DNA of 40,933 nucleotides from Rubrivirga sp. (GTDB lineage Bacteria; Bacteroidota; Rhodothermia; Rhodothermales; Rubricoccaceae), in NCBI RefSeq assembly GCF_049648075.1, contig NZ_JBARYR010000319.1, positions 1-40,933 on the forward strand. Reading direction: 5' to 3'. The translations under genes were made by a program, and so were the position numbers. Positions within the stretch are counted from its first letter, which is position 1. The number at the start of each line of letters is the position of its first letter. Positions 31,709-40,933 of this stretch are shown piece after piece. The notes beneath the pieces were generated by a model, which saw nothing but the letters and a program-made list of their open reading frames with translations, was not told the origin of the DNA and did no database searches.

Positions 31709-33012
31709 GAGGATCTGCCAAGACGAGCGGCGAACGCGCCGTCGGTGTGGTGGCGATGCGGCAGGGCTCGGTAGAAGCCGTCGTCCTCGAGGTCGGACGG
31801 CACGGCATCACCGACGGGCTCGAGGGCGAAGTCGGGAGTTCGTTCGAGAAATGCTGAGACGCGGCCCTCGTTCTCCTCGGCCTCGATGGAGCACGTCGAG
31901 TAGACGAGCAACCCTCCGGGGCGGACATGAACCGCGGCGGCGTCGAGGAGCGTGTCTTGCAAGGCGACCAGGTCCTCGAGGTCGGACGGCGTCCGGCGCC
32001 ACCGGAGGTCGGCCCGCTTGGACAGAACGCCGGTGCCTGAGCACGGCGCGTCGAGCAGGACGCGGTCGAACCCGGTGTCGTCTCGCCACGTCGTCAGGTC
32101 GCCGGTGACGACCTCGAGGTCGACGCCTTGGGCGCGGGCAGCTCGTCGAATAAGAGCGGTCTTGGCCTCGGTCACATCCAGGGCGACGACGGTCCCCTCT
32201 CCTCTCATCTTCTTGGCCGCGTACAGCGCCTTTCCGCCCGGAGCCGCAGCGGCATCGAGGACGCGGTCGCCCGGCTGCGGGTCGAGGACGTCGACCACCA
32301 AACCGGCGGCCACATCTTGCACGGCGCACGAGCCGTCCTCGAGGAGCCCAGACCGCAGGACGGGTTGCAACCGCTCGACCTCGACGAAGTCCGGGGACCA
32401 CTCAGAGGGCGAGGCCTCGACGTGAAGCTCTTGGAGCCGCTCGAGCAAGGCGTCGACCTCGAGGGCGGCGGCGCGCAGCGTGAACCGGGCCGGTGCGTTG
32501 TTGGAAGCGAGGAGTTGTCGCGTCTCGTCGGCTCCCCACGTCTCGAGCCACCGTCGGACCATCCACGTCGGGTGCGAGTGCCGAGTGGCGAGGTCCGTGG
32601 CGACGTCGCCGGTGGCGGGTTCGGGAAGCCCTTTGCCCTTGAGCCGGTCGAGGGATCGGAGGACGCCGTTGGCGAACCCGCCGGCGCCTTTGTGGAGCAG
32701 TATTTTTGTTGCAATAACGGCCTCGTTGACGGCCGCGTGCGACGCCTTGTCCCGGACCACCAGGTCGTAGGCCCCGATCCGAAGAACCTGGTGGAGCTCC
32801 GGGTCGAGGTCGGTCAACCGTCCTCGAACGAGGCCGTTCAACAAGAAGTCGAGCCACCGCCGGTGTCGTGTGACGCCGGCGACCAGGCTGACGGCTTGGC
32901 GGGACACGTCGGCGGGCACGTCGGACTCCGTGAGCCGGGCGACGTACGCGCCGTCGGTCTCGATTCTCAGCAGGCGGTGGACCGCCAAGACGCGCGCGTT
33001 CGGTTTGGACAT
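31705..33012 (-). CDS. rsmB: 16S rRNA m5C967 methyltransferase RsmB/Sun
   Basis: NusB-like N-terminus (HAAVNEAV), SHPTW, DAAAAPGGK, LDAPCSGTG, YSTCS, TDGAF. Confidence 0.93.
   Translation of the reverse strand: MSKPNARVLAVHRLLRIETDGAYVARLTESDVPADVSRQAVSLVAGVTRHRRWLDFLLNGLVRGRLTDLDPELHQVLRIGAYDLVVRDKASHAAVNEAVIATKILLHKGAGGFANGVLRSLDRLKGKGLPEPATGDVATDLATRHSHPTWMVRRWLETWGADETRQLLASNNAPARFTLRAAALEVDALLERLQELHVEASPSEWSPDFVEVERLQPVLRSGLLEDGSCAVQDVAAGLVVDVLDPQPGDRVLDAAAAPGGKALYAAKKMRGEGTVVALDVTEAKTALIRRAARAQGVDLEVVTGDLTTWRDDTGFDRVLLDAPCSGTGVLSKRADLRWRRTPSDLEDLVALQDTLLDAAAVHVRPGGLLVYSTCSIEAEENEGRVSAFLERTPDFALEPVGDAVPSDLEDDGFYRALPHRHHTDGAFAARLGRSS
32710..32720 (+). repeat. TGCAATAACGG polar motif copy 5 (in rsmB)
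   Basis: Exact 11-mer. Confidence 0.85.
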
Positions 33013-33164
33013 GCCGCAAGCTACCAGAGCGGCAAGGGGGATCAGGCAAGTAGCGAGCGGGGAGGAAACGACCTCGAGGGCGGATCATCCACGTCTCCCG
33101 CCCAACCTCGAGGACGCTCATCGGACGTGGCCCCGTACCCCTTTCCACTTGCCCTCCTCCACCC

Positions 33165-34832
33165 TCACAACCCGACCCGCAGTCCGACGTGGATCTTCCC
33201 TTCTGACAACCCCAGATCCGGGTTCAGCGCGTAGGTCAGCGTCGCGACCCCAAGGCCGGTCCGAAGCTGCAGCCCCGAGCCGTACCCCGCCAGCGTCCGG
33301 CGCTCGCCCTCGAGGCCGGGCGTCGCGGGACGGTCAAACCCGCCGACATCGGCGAACGCGAACGCGTACGAGACCTCGTCGAAGCGGAAGCGGTACTCGA
33401 GGACGGCGCGGCCGAACGACCGGGCAAGCCACTGGTCCTCGTCGTAGCCCCGGAACGACGACGCGCCCCCGAGACGGAGCAGGTCGCCCTCATCGGTCAG
33501 GCCATCGGCGCCCGCTGGCGCCTGCGTGACGGTCGCATCGAGGCCGACGACCGCTGTCTGTCTCAAGGAGAGCGGCACGTAGGTGCGAACTCGGGACGAC
33601 AGGCGCCGGCGCTCACTCGAGGCCGCGAAGGTCTCGCTAGAGGCTCGGCGCCCCTGCTCGGCCAGGACCGACAACGTCAAGCCCCTCCGCGGACTCACGA
33701 GTCCGTCGACGCGCGACACGACGAGACCCGCTCCGAACAGCACGTCGTCCGAGCGCCGGATCTTGGGGACACCTTCCACCTCGCGCGCGCCGAACGTGCC
33801 AGGCCGGACCGACTCGCGCGCCAGCGTCGCGACGACGTCAATCCCGACCTCGATCGAGTACGTCGCCTCGAGGGCCAAGCGCTGCCGCGACAGCGTCGAG
33901 TCGCGGGACTCGCCGGAGAACGCCGCGCCCAGCCCGAGCGGGGTGCCGAAGACGAACGGGTCCGCGACGTGGGCGCCGAACGTAGACGCCAAGCCTGGCG
34001 TCCGCTCGATCTCGACGCTCGCCGTCCGCCCGTCGCCGAACGGGCTCCGCAGGTCCACGCGGCCGGTCCCGACCACGCTCCCTCCTGCTGTTCCAGCAGG
34101 CGGCAGGTACCCCAGCACGACGTCGAACAATCCCGGTGGCGCCTCGACGACGGGCACCTGCACGACCAAGCTCCCGTCACGGTCCCGCGCGATGACCGGG
34201 CTCCCGACCTCGAGGTAGAGACCCGTCGCGACCAAGGATCGACGCACGCCCTCGAGGTCGACGTCCGCGACCGCGCGAGGCGCCGACAAACCCGTCCGCC
34301 TCGACACGTACGACCGGGCCGGACTCCTTCCTCCTGCCACCTCGGCCCCGACGACCTCGAGGGCGGCGCCGGTCGCCACCTGAACGGTGACCGCGACTTG
34401 CGACGCGTCGACCTCGAGCACGGGCGTTACGACGGCGTCCGCGTAGCCGAGACGGGCGAGGGCGGACGCGTACGTCTCGAGGTCGCGGCGCAGCGCGGAG
34501 GCCGAGAACGGCTCGCCCTCGAGGGTCTCCCACTCGAGGACGACGTCGGGTCCGCCGACGACCTCGATGCTCTGGACGCGGGCGACCGGTCCCTCCAAGA
34601 CGTACGCCGTGTCGCGGACGGTGGAGTCGAGCCGCGCCGACAAGTGACCGCGGTCGACCAGTCGCGCGAGGGCGTTGCCGGTCGACGCCGCGGCCTCGGT
34701 CCAGGTCGAGTCCGGCCCAACAACTACGACCGACTGCGCGTTGGGGGCCACGAGCGACGCCGCCACGCCGAGCGCCGCCACGACAGATCGTAGCTTTCTC
34801 CGCACCTCACGTCGAATCTGTGTTCGCATCAC
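33165..34832 (-). CDS. BamA/TamA (Omp85)-family outer-membrane protein
   Basis: POTRA-like segments, LGGASSFRGY (RGY loop), LEYRF, C-terminal IHVGLRVGL. The start is uncertain and may be GTG 34781. Confidence 0.75.
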   Translation of the reverse strand: MMRTQIRREVRRKLRSVVAALGVAASLVAPNAQSVVVVGPDSTWTEAAASTGNALARLVDRGHLSARLDSTVRDTAYVLEGPVARVQSIEVVGGPDVVLEWETLEGEPFSASALRRDLETYASALARLGYADAVVTPVLEVDASQVAVTVQVATGAALEVVGAEVAGGRSPARSYVSRRTGLSAPRAVADVDLEGVRRSLVATGLYLEVGSPVIARDRDGSLVVQVPVVEAPPGLFDVVLGYLPPAGTAGGSVVGTGRVDLRSPFGDGRTASVEIERTPGLASTFGAHVADPFVFGTPLGLGAAFSGESRDSTLSRQRLALEATYSIEVGIDVVATLARESVRPGTFGAREVEGVPKIRRSDDVLFGAGLVVSRVDGLVSPRRGLTLSVLAEQGRRASSETFAASSERRRLSSRVRTYVPLSLRQTAVVGLDATVTQAPAGADGLTDEGDLLRLGGASSFRGYDEDQWLARSFGRAVLEYRFRFDEVSYAFAFADVGGFDRPATPGLEGERRTLAGYGSGLQLRTGLGVATLTYALNPDLGLSEGKIHVGLRVGL

Positions 34833-35170
34833 TGTTGGGACTCGCCCTCGTCATCGCCCAAGCGCCCGAGACGGATGAGCAACGGCACGAGGTGGTCCAG
34901 GCGTACCCGAGCGCTGAAGCTAGCGCGGACACCCTGCGTTACACGGTCCGCGCCGGCGAGACGCTGATCGTGTCGCTCCCCGCTCGCGTCGCCGGCTCTG
35001 AGGTCCAATACGAAGTGGTGAACGCGCCGGCGCTGTCATGGCTCGTCGACCGGTCCTTTATGTGGCGCACGCTCGAGCGCGAGCGCGGCACGTTGCCGGT
35101 CCGTTTGCGCCGGTTGATCCCAGGCTCGGCGTCCGAGCCCGTCGTTCTCCTCGTCGAGATCACCCCGTAG
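34820..35170 (+). CDS. Small secreted hypothetical protein
   Basis: Signal-peptide-like N-terminus; stop lies 2 bp before mutY. Confidence 0.55.
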   Translation: MFASLLGLALVIAQAPETDEQRHEVVQAYPSAEASADTLRYTVRAGETLIVSLPARVAGSEVQYEVVNAPALSWLVDRSFMWRTLERERGTLPVRLRRLIPGSASEPVVLLVEITP

Positions 35171-35172
35171 CG

Positions 35173-36330
35173 ATGCCGTCGGTGGCCGACCTCGAGGTCT
35201 CCGCGTTCGTTGGCTCCGCCGGCCTGACGGCTTTCGACGCGTTCCAGACGCGCCTGCCGGAGTGGTTCGACGCGGCCCGACGGCCGATGCCGTGGCGGGA
35301 AACCGACCTCGAGGGCAAGCGCGACCCGTACCGCGTGTGGATCTCCGAGGTCATGCTCCAGCAGACGCGCGTCGAGACGGCGACGCCGTACTTCCTCCGC
35401 TTTATCGACGCGTTCCCGACCATCGAGGACGTCGCGCAGGCGCCGCTCGACGACGTGCTCAAGCTGTGGGAGGGGCTCGGGTACTACAGCCGCGCGCGCA
35501 ACTTCCACCGCGCCGCCCAGACGGTCACGTCGGAGCACGACGGCGTCGTGCCGAGCGACCGAGACGCGTTCCGCGCCCTGCCGGGCGTCGGGCCGTACAC
35601 CGAGGCCGCCGTCTTGTCCCTCGCCTACGGCGTGCCGCTCGCCGTCCTGGATGGAAACGTGATCCGCGTCCTGTCTCGGGCCTTCGCCCTCGAGGACGAC
35701 GTCCGCCTGGGGCCGACCAAAAAGGCGCTCCAGCGTTTGGCCGACGACCTGCTCGACACCGAGCAACCGGGACGGTGGAACGAGAGCGTCATGGAGTTGG
35801 GCGCCACGATCTGCACGCCCAAGTCGCCCGCCTGCGGACACTGCCCGCTCGCCGAGATCTGCCAGGCCCGAGCGCTCGGCACGCCGGAGGCGTTTCCGGT
35901 CAAGAGCAAGCGCGCGCCCGTCCCGCACTACACGATCGCCGTCGGCGTCATCGAGGACGATGATGGGCGCGTCCTGATCCAGCGCCGGCCCGAAGATGCC
36001 ATGCTGGGAGGGCTCTGGGAGTTTCCGGGCGGCAAGCAGGAGGCCGGCGAACCCCTCGAGGACGCCTGCGCCCGCGAACTCAGGGAAGAGCTCTCCATCG
36101 AGGTCGCCGTCGGTCCGCCCGTTGCTCGCGTCGAGCACGCGTACTCTCATTTCCGCATCACCATGCACGCGTTCCGGTGCCGCATCCTCGAGGGCGAGCC
36201 GACGACCGAGACGGGCCAGCCGTGGCGGTGGGTGACGCTCGACGAGCTCGAGGACTACGCCTTCCCGCGCGCCAACCGGCACGTGATCGACGCGCTTCGC
36301 GACCGGGTCCGAGCTCCGCGTTTGTTCTAG
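35173..36330 (+). CDS. mutY: A/G-specific adenine glycosylase with C-terminal MutT/Nudix domain
   Basis: PYRVWISEVMLQQT, WEGLGYYSRARN, LPGVGPYT, LDGNV; Fe-S motif CxxxxxxCxxCxxxxxC; Nudix domain. Confidence 0.95.
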   Translation: MPSVADLEVSAFVGSAGLTAFDAFQTRLPEWFDAARRPMPWRETDLEGKRDPYRVWISEVMLQQTRVETATPYFLRFIDAFPTIEDVAQAPLDDVLKLWEGLGYYSRARNFHRAAQTVTSEHDGVVPSDRDAFRALPGVGPYTEAAVLSLAYGVPLAVLDGNVIRVLSRAFALEDDVRLGPTKKALQRLADDLLDTEQPGRWNESVMELGATICTPKSPACGHCPLAEICQARALGTPEAFPVKSKRAPVPHYTIAVGVIEDDDGRVLIQRRPEDAMLGGLWEFPGGKQEAGEPLEDACARELREELSIEVAVGPPVARVEHAYSHFRITMHAFRCRILEGEPTTETGQPWRWVTLDELEDYAFPRANRHVIDALRDRVRAPRLF

Positions 36331-36366
36331 CGGCACCTTCTCACCTGTTCATCCGTACGGTCCCTC

Positions 36367-36948
36367 ATGGACGCACTCGTCGAACTCCTCCCCCTACTGT
36401 TTATCGCGGCCTACTACCTCCTCGCGGGGAGGCGGAAGGCGAAGCAGAAGCAGCAGCGTGAGCGAGCCGCGAACCCGACGGAGATCGGCGCGCGACCCGA
36501 GGCCACGTCACCGTCGCCGTTCCAGTCGTTCCTCGAACAGCTCGAGCAGTCGCTCGCCGAGGCCAATAATCTCGAGGACGAAAAGCCCAAACCTGCTCCC
36601 GAGCCGGAGCCGGTCGTCACCGCGCCCTCGAGGCCGATCGCGACTCGGCCCCAAGAGTTCTCCGCACACCAGGGCTCGTTCGACGCGCTCAAGCCCGTCG
36701 ATCACGAATCGCATGGCTTCGGCGTCCAAAACCCGCTCTCCGAGGAGGTTTTCGAGCAGTCCGCGCCGTTCTCTCAGCGTCCTCGATCGCGCTCGAGGAG
36801 CTACGACCCACATGACCTCAAGCCGACGCGCTCATCGAAGCCCGTCGAGTCCTGGCACTCGCGGATGCGTGACCCGATGGCGGCGCGGGACGCGTTCGTG
36901 TACAAGACGGTGTTCGGCGAGCGCGGGGGCCGGCACAAGTCCAAGTAG
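36367..36948 (+). CDS. Hypothetical membrane-anchored protein
   Basis: N-terminal TM followed by basic residues, disordered linker, C-terminal ARDAFVYKTVFGE. Confidence 0.6.
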   Translation: MDALVELLPLLFIAAYYLLAGRRKAKQKQQRERAANPTEIGARPEATSPSPFQSFLEQLEQSLAEANNLEDEKPKPAPEPEPVVTAPSRPIATRPQEFSAHQGSFDALKPVDHESHGFGVQNPLSEEVFEQSAPFSQRPRSRSRSYDPHDLKPTRSSKPVESWHSRMRDPMAARDAFVYKTVFGERGGRHKSK

Positions 36949-37077
36949 ACGTTCCCTGCCCCGGAGTCTCGGTGCAATGCGGCCTCGAGGTCGCTGCCGG
37001 AGGCTTACGGCTCGGTTCCGTGCGCTCCGGCTTCGGCCGCTTCGACGCGACGGCCCGAAACGGCTGAGAGTTTGGCT

Positions 37078-37578
37078 CTAGCCGTCAACCGGCCCACGCT
37101 TGAAGATGGCAGCAGCGATTGCGCCTCCGATCGCACCGATCACCGCCGCGACGATCACGTTCACGACGACGCCGAGCGGGCCGGAGAACATCTCGGCCAT
37201 CTGGAGCGCGCCCTCGACCTGATCGGGCTCGAGGCCCTGCGCCAGCAACTGGTCCCGTTGGCGGTCGATCATCTCGGCGTTCGACGGGTAGAATCCGAGC
37301 GCTTGTAGCCCGAGTGTGATGACGTAGCTGATGAGACCGCCGGCGACCACGGCGGCGGCACCGAGCCCGGCACCTGGGCCAGCGGCGAGCGTCAGCTTAT
37401 GAGTCGTCGTGTAGTGCCAGACGGCGACCGCCGGTCCCAACAAGGCGGACACGCAGCAGAGAAGCGTCGTCACGTACTGGGCTGACGTCCCACCCTGGAT
37501 GGTGACAAAGCCCGTGAACAGCGCCGCGACGGTGTAGACGGCGGCGCCGAGAGTGATCGAGGGAATCTTAGACGGCAT
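37078..37578 (-). CDS. Membrane protein (DUF4199-like)
   Basis: Four TM segments with a QGLEPDQVE loop before the last TM. Confidence 0.55.
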   Translation of the reverse strand: MPSKIPSITLGAAVYTVAALFTGFVTIQGGTSAQYVTTLLCCVSALLGPAVAVWHYTTTHKLTLAAGPGAGLGAAAVVAGGLISYVITLGLQALGFYPSNAEMIDRQRDQLLAQGLEPDQVEGALQMAEMFSGPLGVVVNVIVAAVIGAIGGAIAAAIFKRGPVDG

Positions 37579-38071
37579 GGGTCGGGACGAGATCAGGGCG
37601 AGGACGGGGAGCCAGCAGGTTCGCGGCCAAAATTAGACCGGCGGCGGCACCGAAAACGGCACCGGTGAGCATCCGGCTGATCGGCGTGTTGGCCCAAACG
37701 CCACCGGCGCCGAGCGCCCAGTCGATGGCCGTCGGGACAAGGAAGACCACGAGCCACAATCCTTGACGGCTCGAGCGGACGTCCTCGAGAGCCGAACGGC
37801 CGGCGGAGCCAATGGGTCGGAGACCGATCGCGCTGAACAGCCCTGCCCAGAGACCGAGGAGCATCCCCGTGCAGCGGTGGCAGAGCGCGACGGCTCGCCC
37901 ATCGACGTGGATAGACCGCTCGGGGAGCTGGTGGCAGATGCTCGAGAACGCGTGATGCAACAATCCCGAGGCCGGGTCATCGAGGACGGGCGGGAGCGCC
38001 GCGGCGACGATCACGAGCGCCGTGGCTCCCGTCGCAATCAGCCAGCCGATGGACGTTTTCGAGGTCTGCAT
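37568..38071 (-). CDS. DUF2085 membrane protein
   Basis: ICHQLPERS, LCHRCTG, PTAIDW and RMLTG motifs. Confidence 0.8.
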   Translation of the reverse strand: MQTSKTSIGWLIATGATALVIVAAALPPVLDDPASGLLHHAFSSICHQLPERSIHVDGRAVALCHRCTGMLLGLWAGLFSAIGLRPIGSAGRSALEDVRSSRQGLWLVVFLVPTAIDWALGAGGVWANTPISRMLTGAVFGAAAGLILAANLLAPRPRPDLVPTHAV

Positions 38072-38168
38072 GTCGAAACCTACGGCGTCGACGGGACGAG
38101 GATGCGTGATGCTTAGCAGTCTCTTAACCGTGTCGATGGACCTATCGCGTCGCGGGACGATAGAAGGA

Positions 38169-38195
38169 TTAGCACTCTCAAGGCGCGAGTGCTAA
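38169..38195. promoter_or_regulatory. CIRCE element (HrcA operator)
   Basis: Perfect TTAGCACTC-N9-GAGTGCTAA, 50 bp upstream of groES. Confidence 0.97.
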
Positions 38196-38245
38196 AATGA
38201 CTTAAAGGCCTCGCGCCTCTCTCATCACACCAACCCAACCCACTC

Positions 38246-38539
38246 ATGGCAGCATCGATCAAGCCGATCGGCGACCGCGTCGTCGTCAAGCCCCAGGAAG
38301 CCGAGACCCAGACCGCCGGCGGCCTCTACATCCCCGACACCGCCAAGGAGAAGCCGCAGCGCGGCACCGTCGTGGCCGTCGGGCCGGGCAAGGTCGAGAA
38401 CGGAACTAAGGTCGACATGACCGTCTCGGAGAACGACACGGTCCTCTACGGCAAGTACGCCGGGACCGAGATCCAGCTCGATGGTGAGGATGTCCTCATC
38501 ATGCGCGAGTCGGACATCTTGGGCGTCGTCAACGACTAA
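38246..38539 (+). CDS. groES: Co-chaperonin GroES
   Basis: [33 protein letters not shown]. Confidence 0.98.
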   Translation: MAASIKPIGDRVVVKPQEAETQTAGGLYIPDTAKEKPQRGTVVAVGPGKVENGTKVDMTVSENDTVLYGKYAGTEIQLDGEDVLIMRESDILGVVND

Positions 38540-40255
<1,716 letters not shown>

Positions 40256-40308
40256 TCCAGCCGGCTCCCTCGTCCTCGATGCTTCAGCCTCGAGGTCGGA
40301 ACGCCACG

Positions 40309-40340
40309 GGGCGGCTCTCTTCGGAGGGCCGCCCTTTTTT
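40309..40340 (+). terminator. Rho-independent terminator of groESL
   Basis: Stem GGGCGGCTCTC, TTCG loop, GAGGGCCGCCC, then T6. Confidence 0.92.
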
Positions 40341-40467
40341 CGTAGCTCGCGTCTGGCCTGAGGTCGAGTGACCGCGACCGTCCTCGAGGTCGAGAATCAG
40401 GAAACGTCGGACGTCCTCGAGGACGCGGATAGCGGCTCGGAGCGTGAGCCCGTCGTACCCTAACGCC

Positions 40468-40933
40468 ATGCGCGCTTTGATCCTTCTATCCGCTCTCGTC
40501 GCCGGCTGTGGCGGGTCTGCCCTCGAGGTCGGCAGCACGCTCGAGGGCGAGTTGACGACCGACGACCCGGCGTTCCACCCGGGCCAGCCGTCGGACGAGA
40601 TCCCGGCGCGCTTGGAGGTCGGAGAGCCAGTCGTCGTGCTGGTGACGTCGACGGCGTTCGCTCCGTTCGTGATCGTCACGTCGCCGGAGGCTCCGATGGG
40701 CGTCTCGGCGAGCGACGAGACGGGCGCCGGCGCGTGCCTCACCTTGGAAGCGCCCATGTCGCCCGATGTGCGGATCTACGTGTCCGGCCTCGAGGTCGGA
40801 GATCTAGGCCCGTACCGCGTCTCTCTCGAGCCGTACTCCGACGTTCTCGCCCAGGCGCACGGGTGTGGCGTCCTCGAGGACGGCGTCGAGACGTTGACGG
40901 CGAGTTCAACGACGAGGGGGACTGCGGCCGGCC
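40468..40933 (+). CDS. Lipoprotein with PPC-like domain, 3' partial
   Basis: MRALILLSALVAGC lipobox; frame open to the window end; STAFAPFVIVTSP...GDLGPYRVSL resembles the 22311 protein. Confidence 0.65.
   Translation, partial: MRALILLSALVAGCGGSALEVGSTLEGELTTDDPAFHPGQPSDEIPARLEVGEPVVVLVTSTAFAPFVIVTSPEAPMGVSASDETGAGACLTLEAPMSPDVRIYVSGLEVGDLGPYRVSLEPYSDVLAQAHGCGVLEDGVETLTASSTTRGTAAG

Noticed and set aside
34939..36336. 465-aa minus-strand ORF
   Set aside because: Antisense to mutY.
38113..38139. Second CIRCE element
   Set aside because: The left arm TTAGCAGTC is 8/9, but no right arm follows at N9; it is at most a half-site.
40284..40757. 157-aa minus-strand ORF
   Set aside because: It spans the terminator and is antisense to the lipoprotein starting at 40468.

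Overview
High-GC chromosomal segment, probably from a Rhodothermota (Rubrivirga/Rubricoccus-like) bacterium. This is inferred from CrtO, PorV, DUF4252, fused BCKDH E1 and SD-less leaders. It carries about 40 mostly housekeeping or envelope genes: a tyrosine recombinase, crtO, moeB/moeZ, miaA, glycosyltransferases, guaB, rluB, scpAB, pyrF, an ECF sigma/anti-sigma module, BCKDH E1, a WcaJ-like transferase, porV, rsmB, mutY and CIRCE-controlled groES-groEL. The most interesting signals are at the DNA level. (1) A symmetric dif-like site (11-6-11 bp; CGATAA-N6-TTATCG) lies 16 bp upstream of a lone intact Xer-like recombinase, at the start of a GC trough that recovers over about 10 kb. (2) A non-palindromic 11-mer, TGCAATAACGG, occurs five times exactly and once nearly, always on the + strand, inside unrelated genes on both strands, forcing rare codons and sitting in AT-rich halos. 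(3) The palindrome CCTCGAGG (consensus GNCCTCGAGGNC) occurs about 84 times by hand count, resembling the cyanobacterial HIP1 phenomenon. Signals 1 and 2 together suggest a possibly undescribed replication-terminus organising system. All counts are by hand and no database searches were run.
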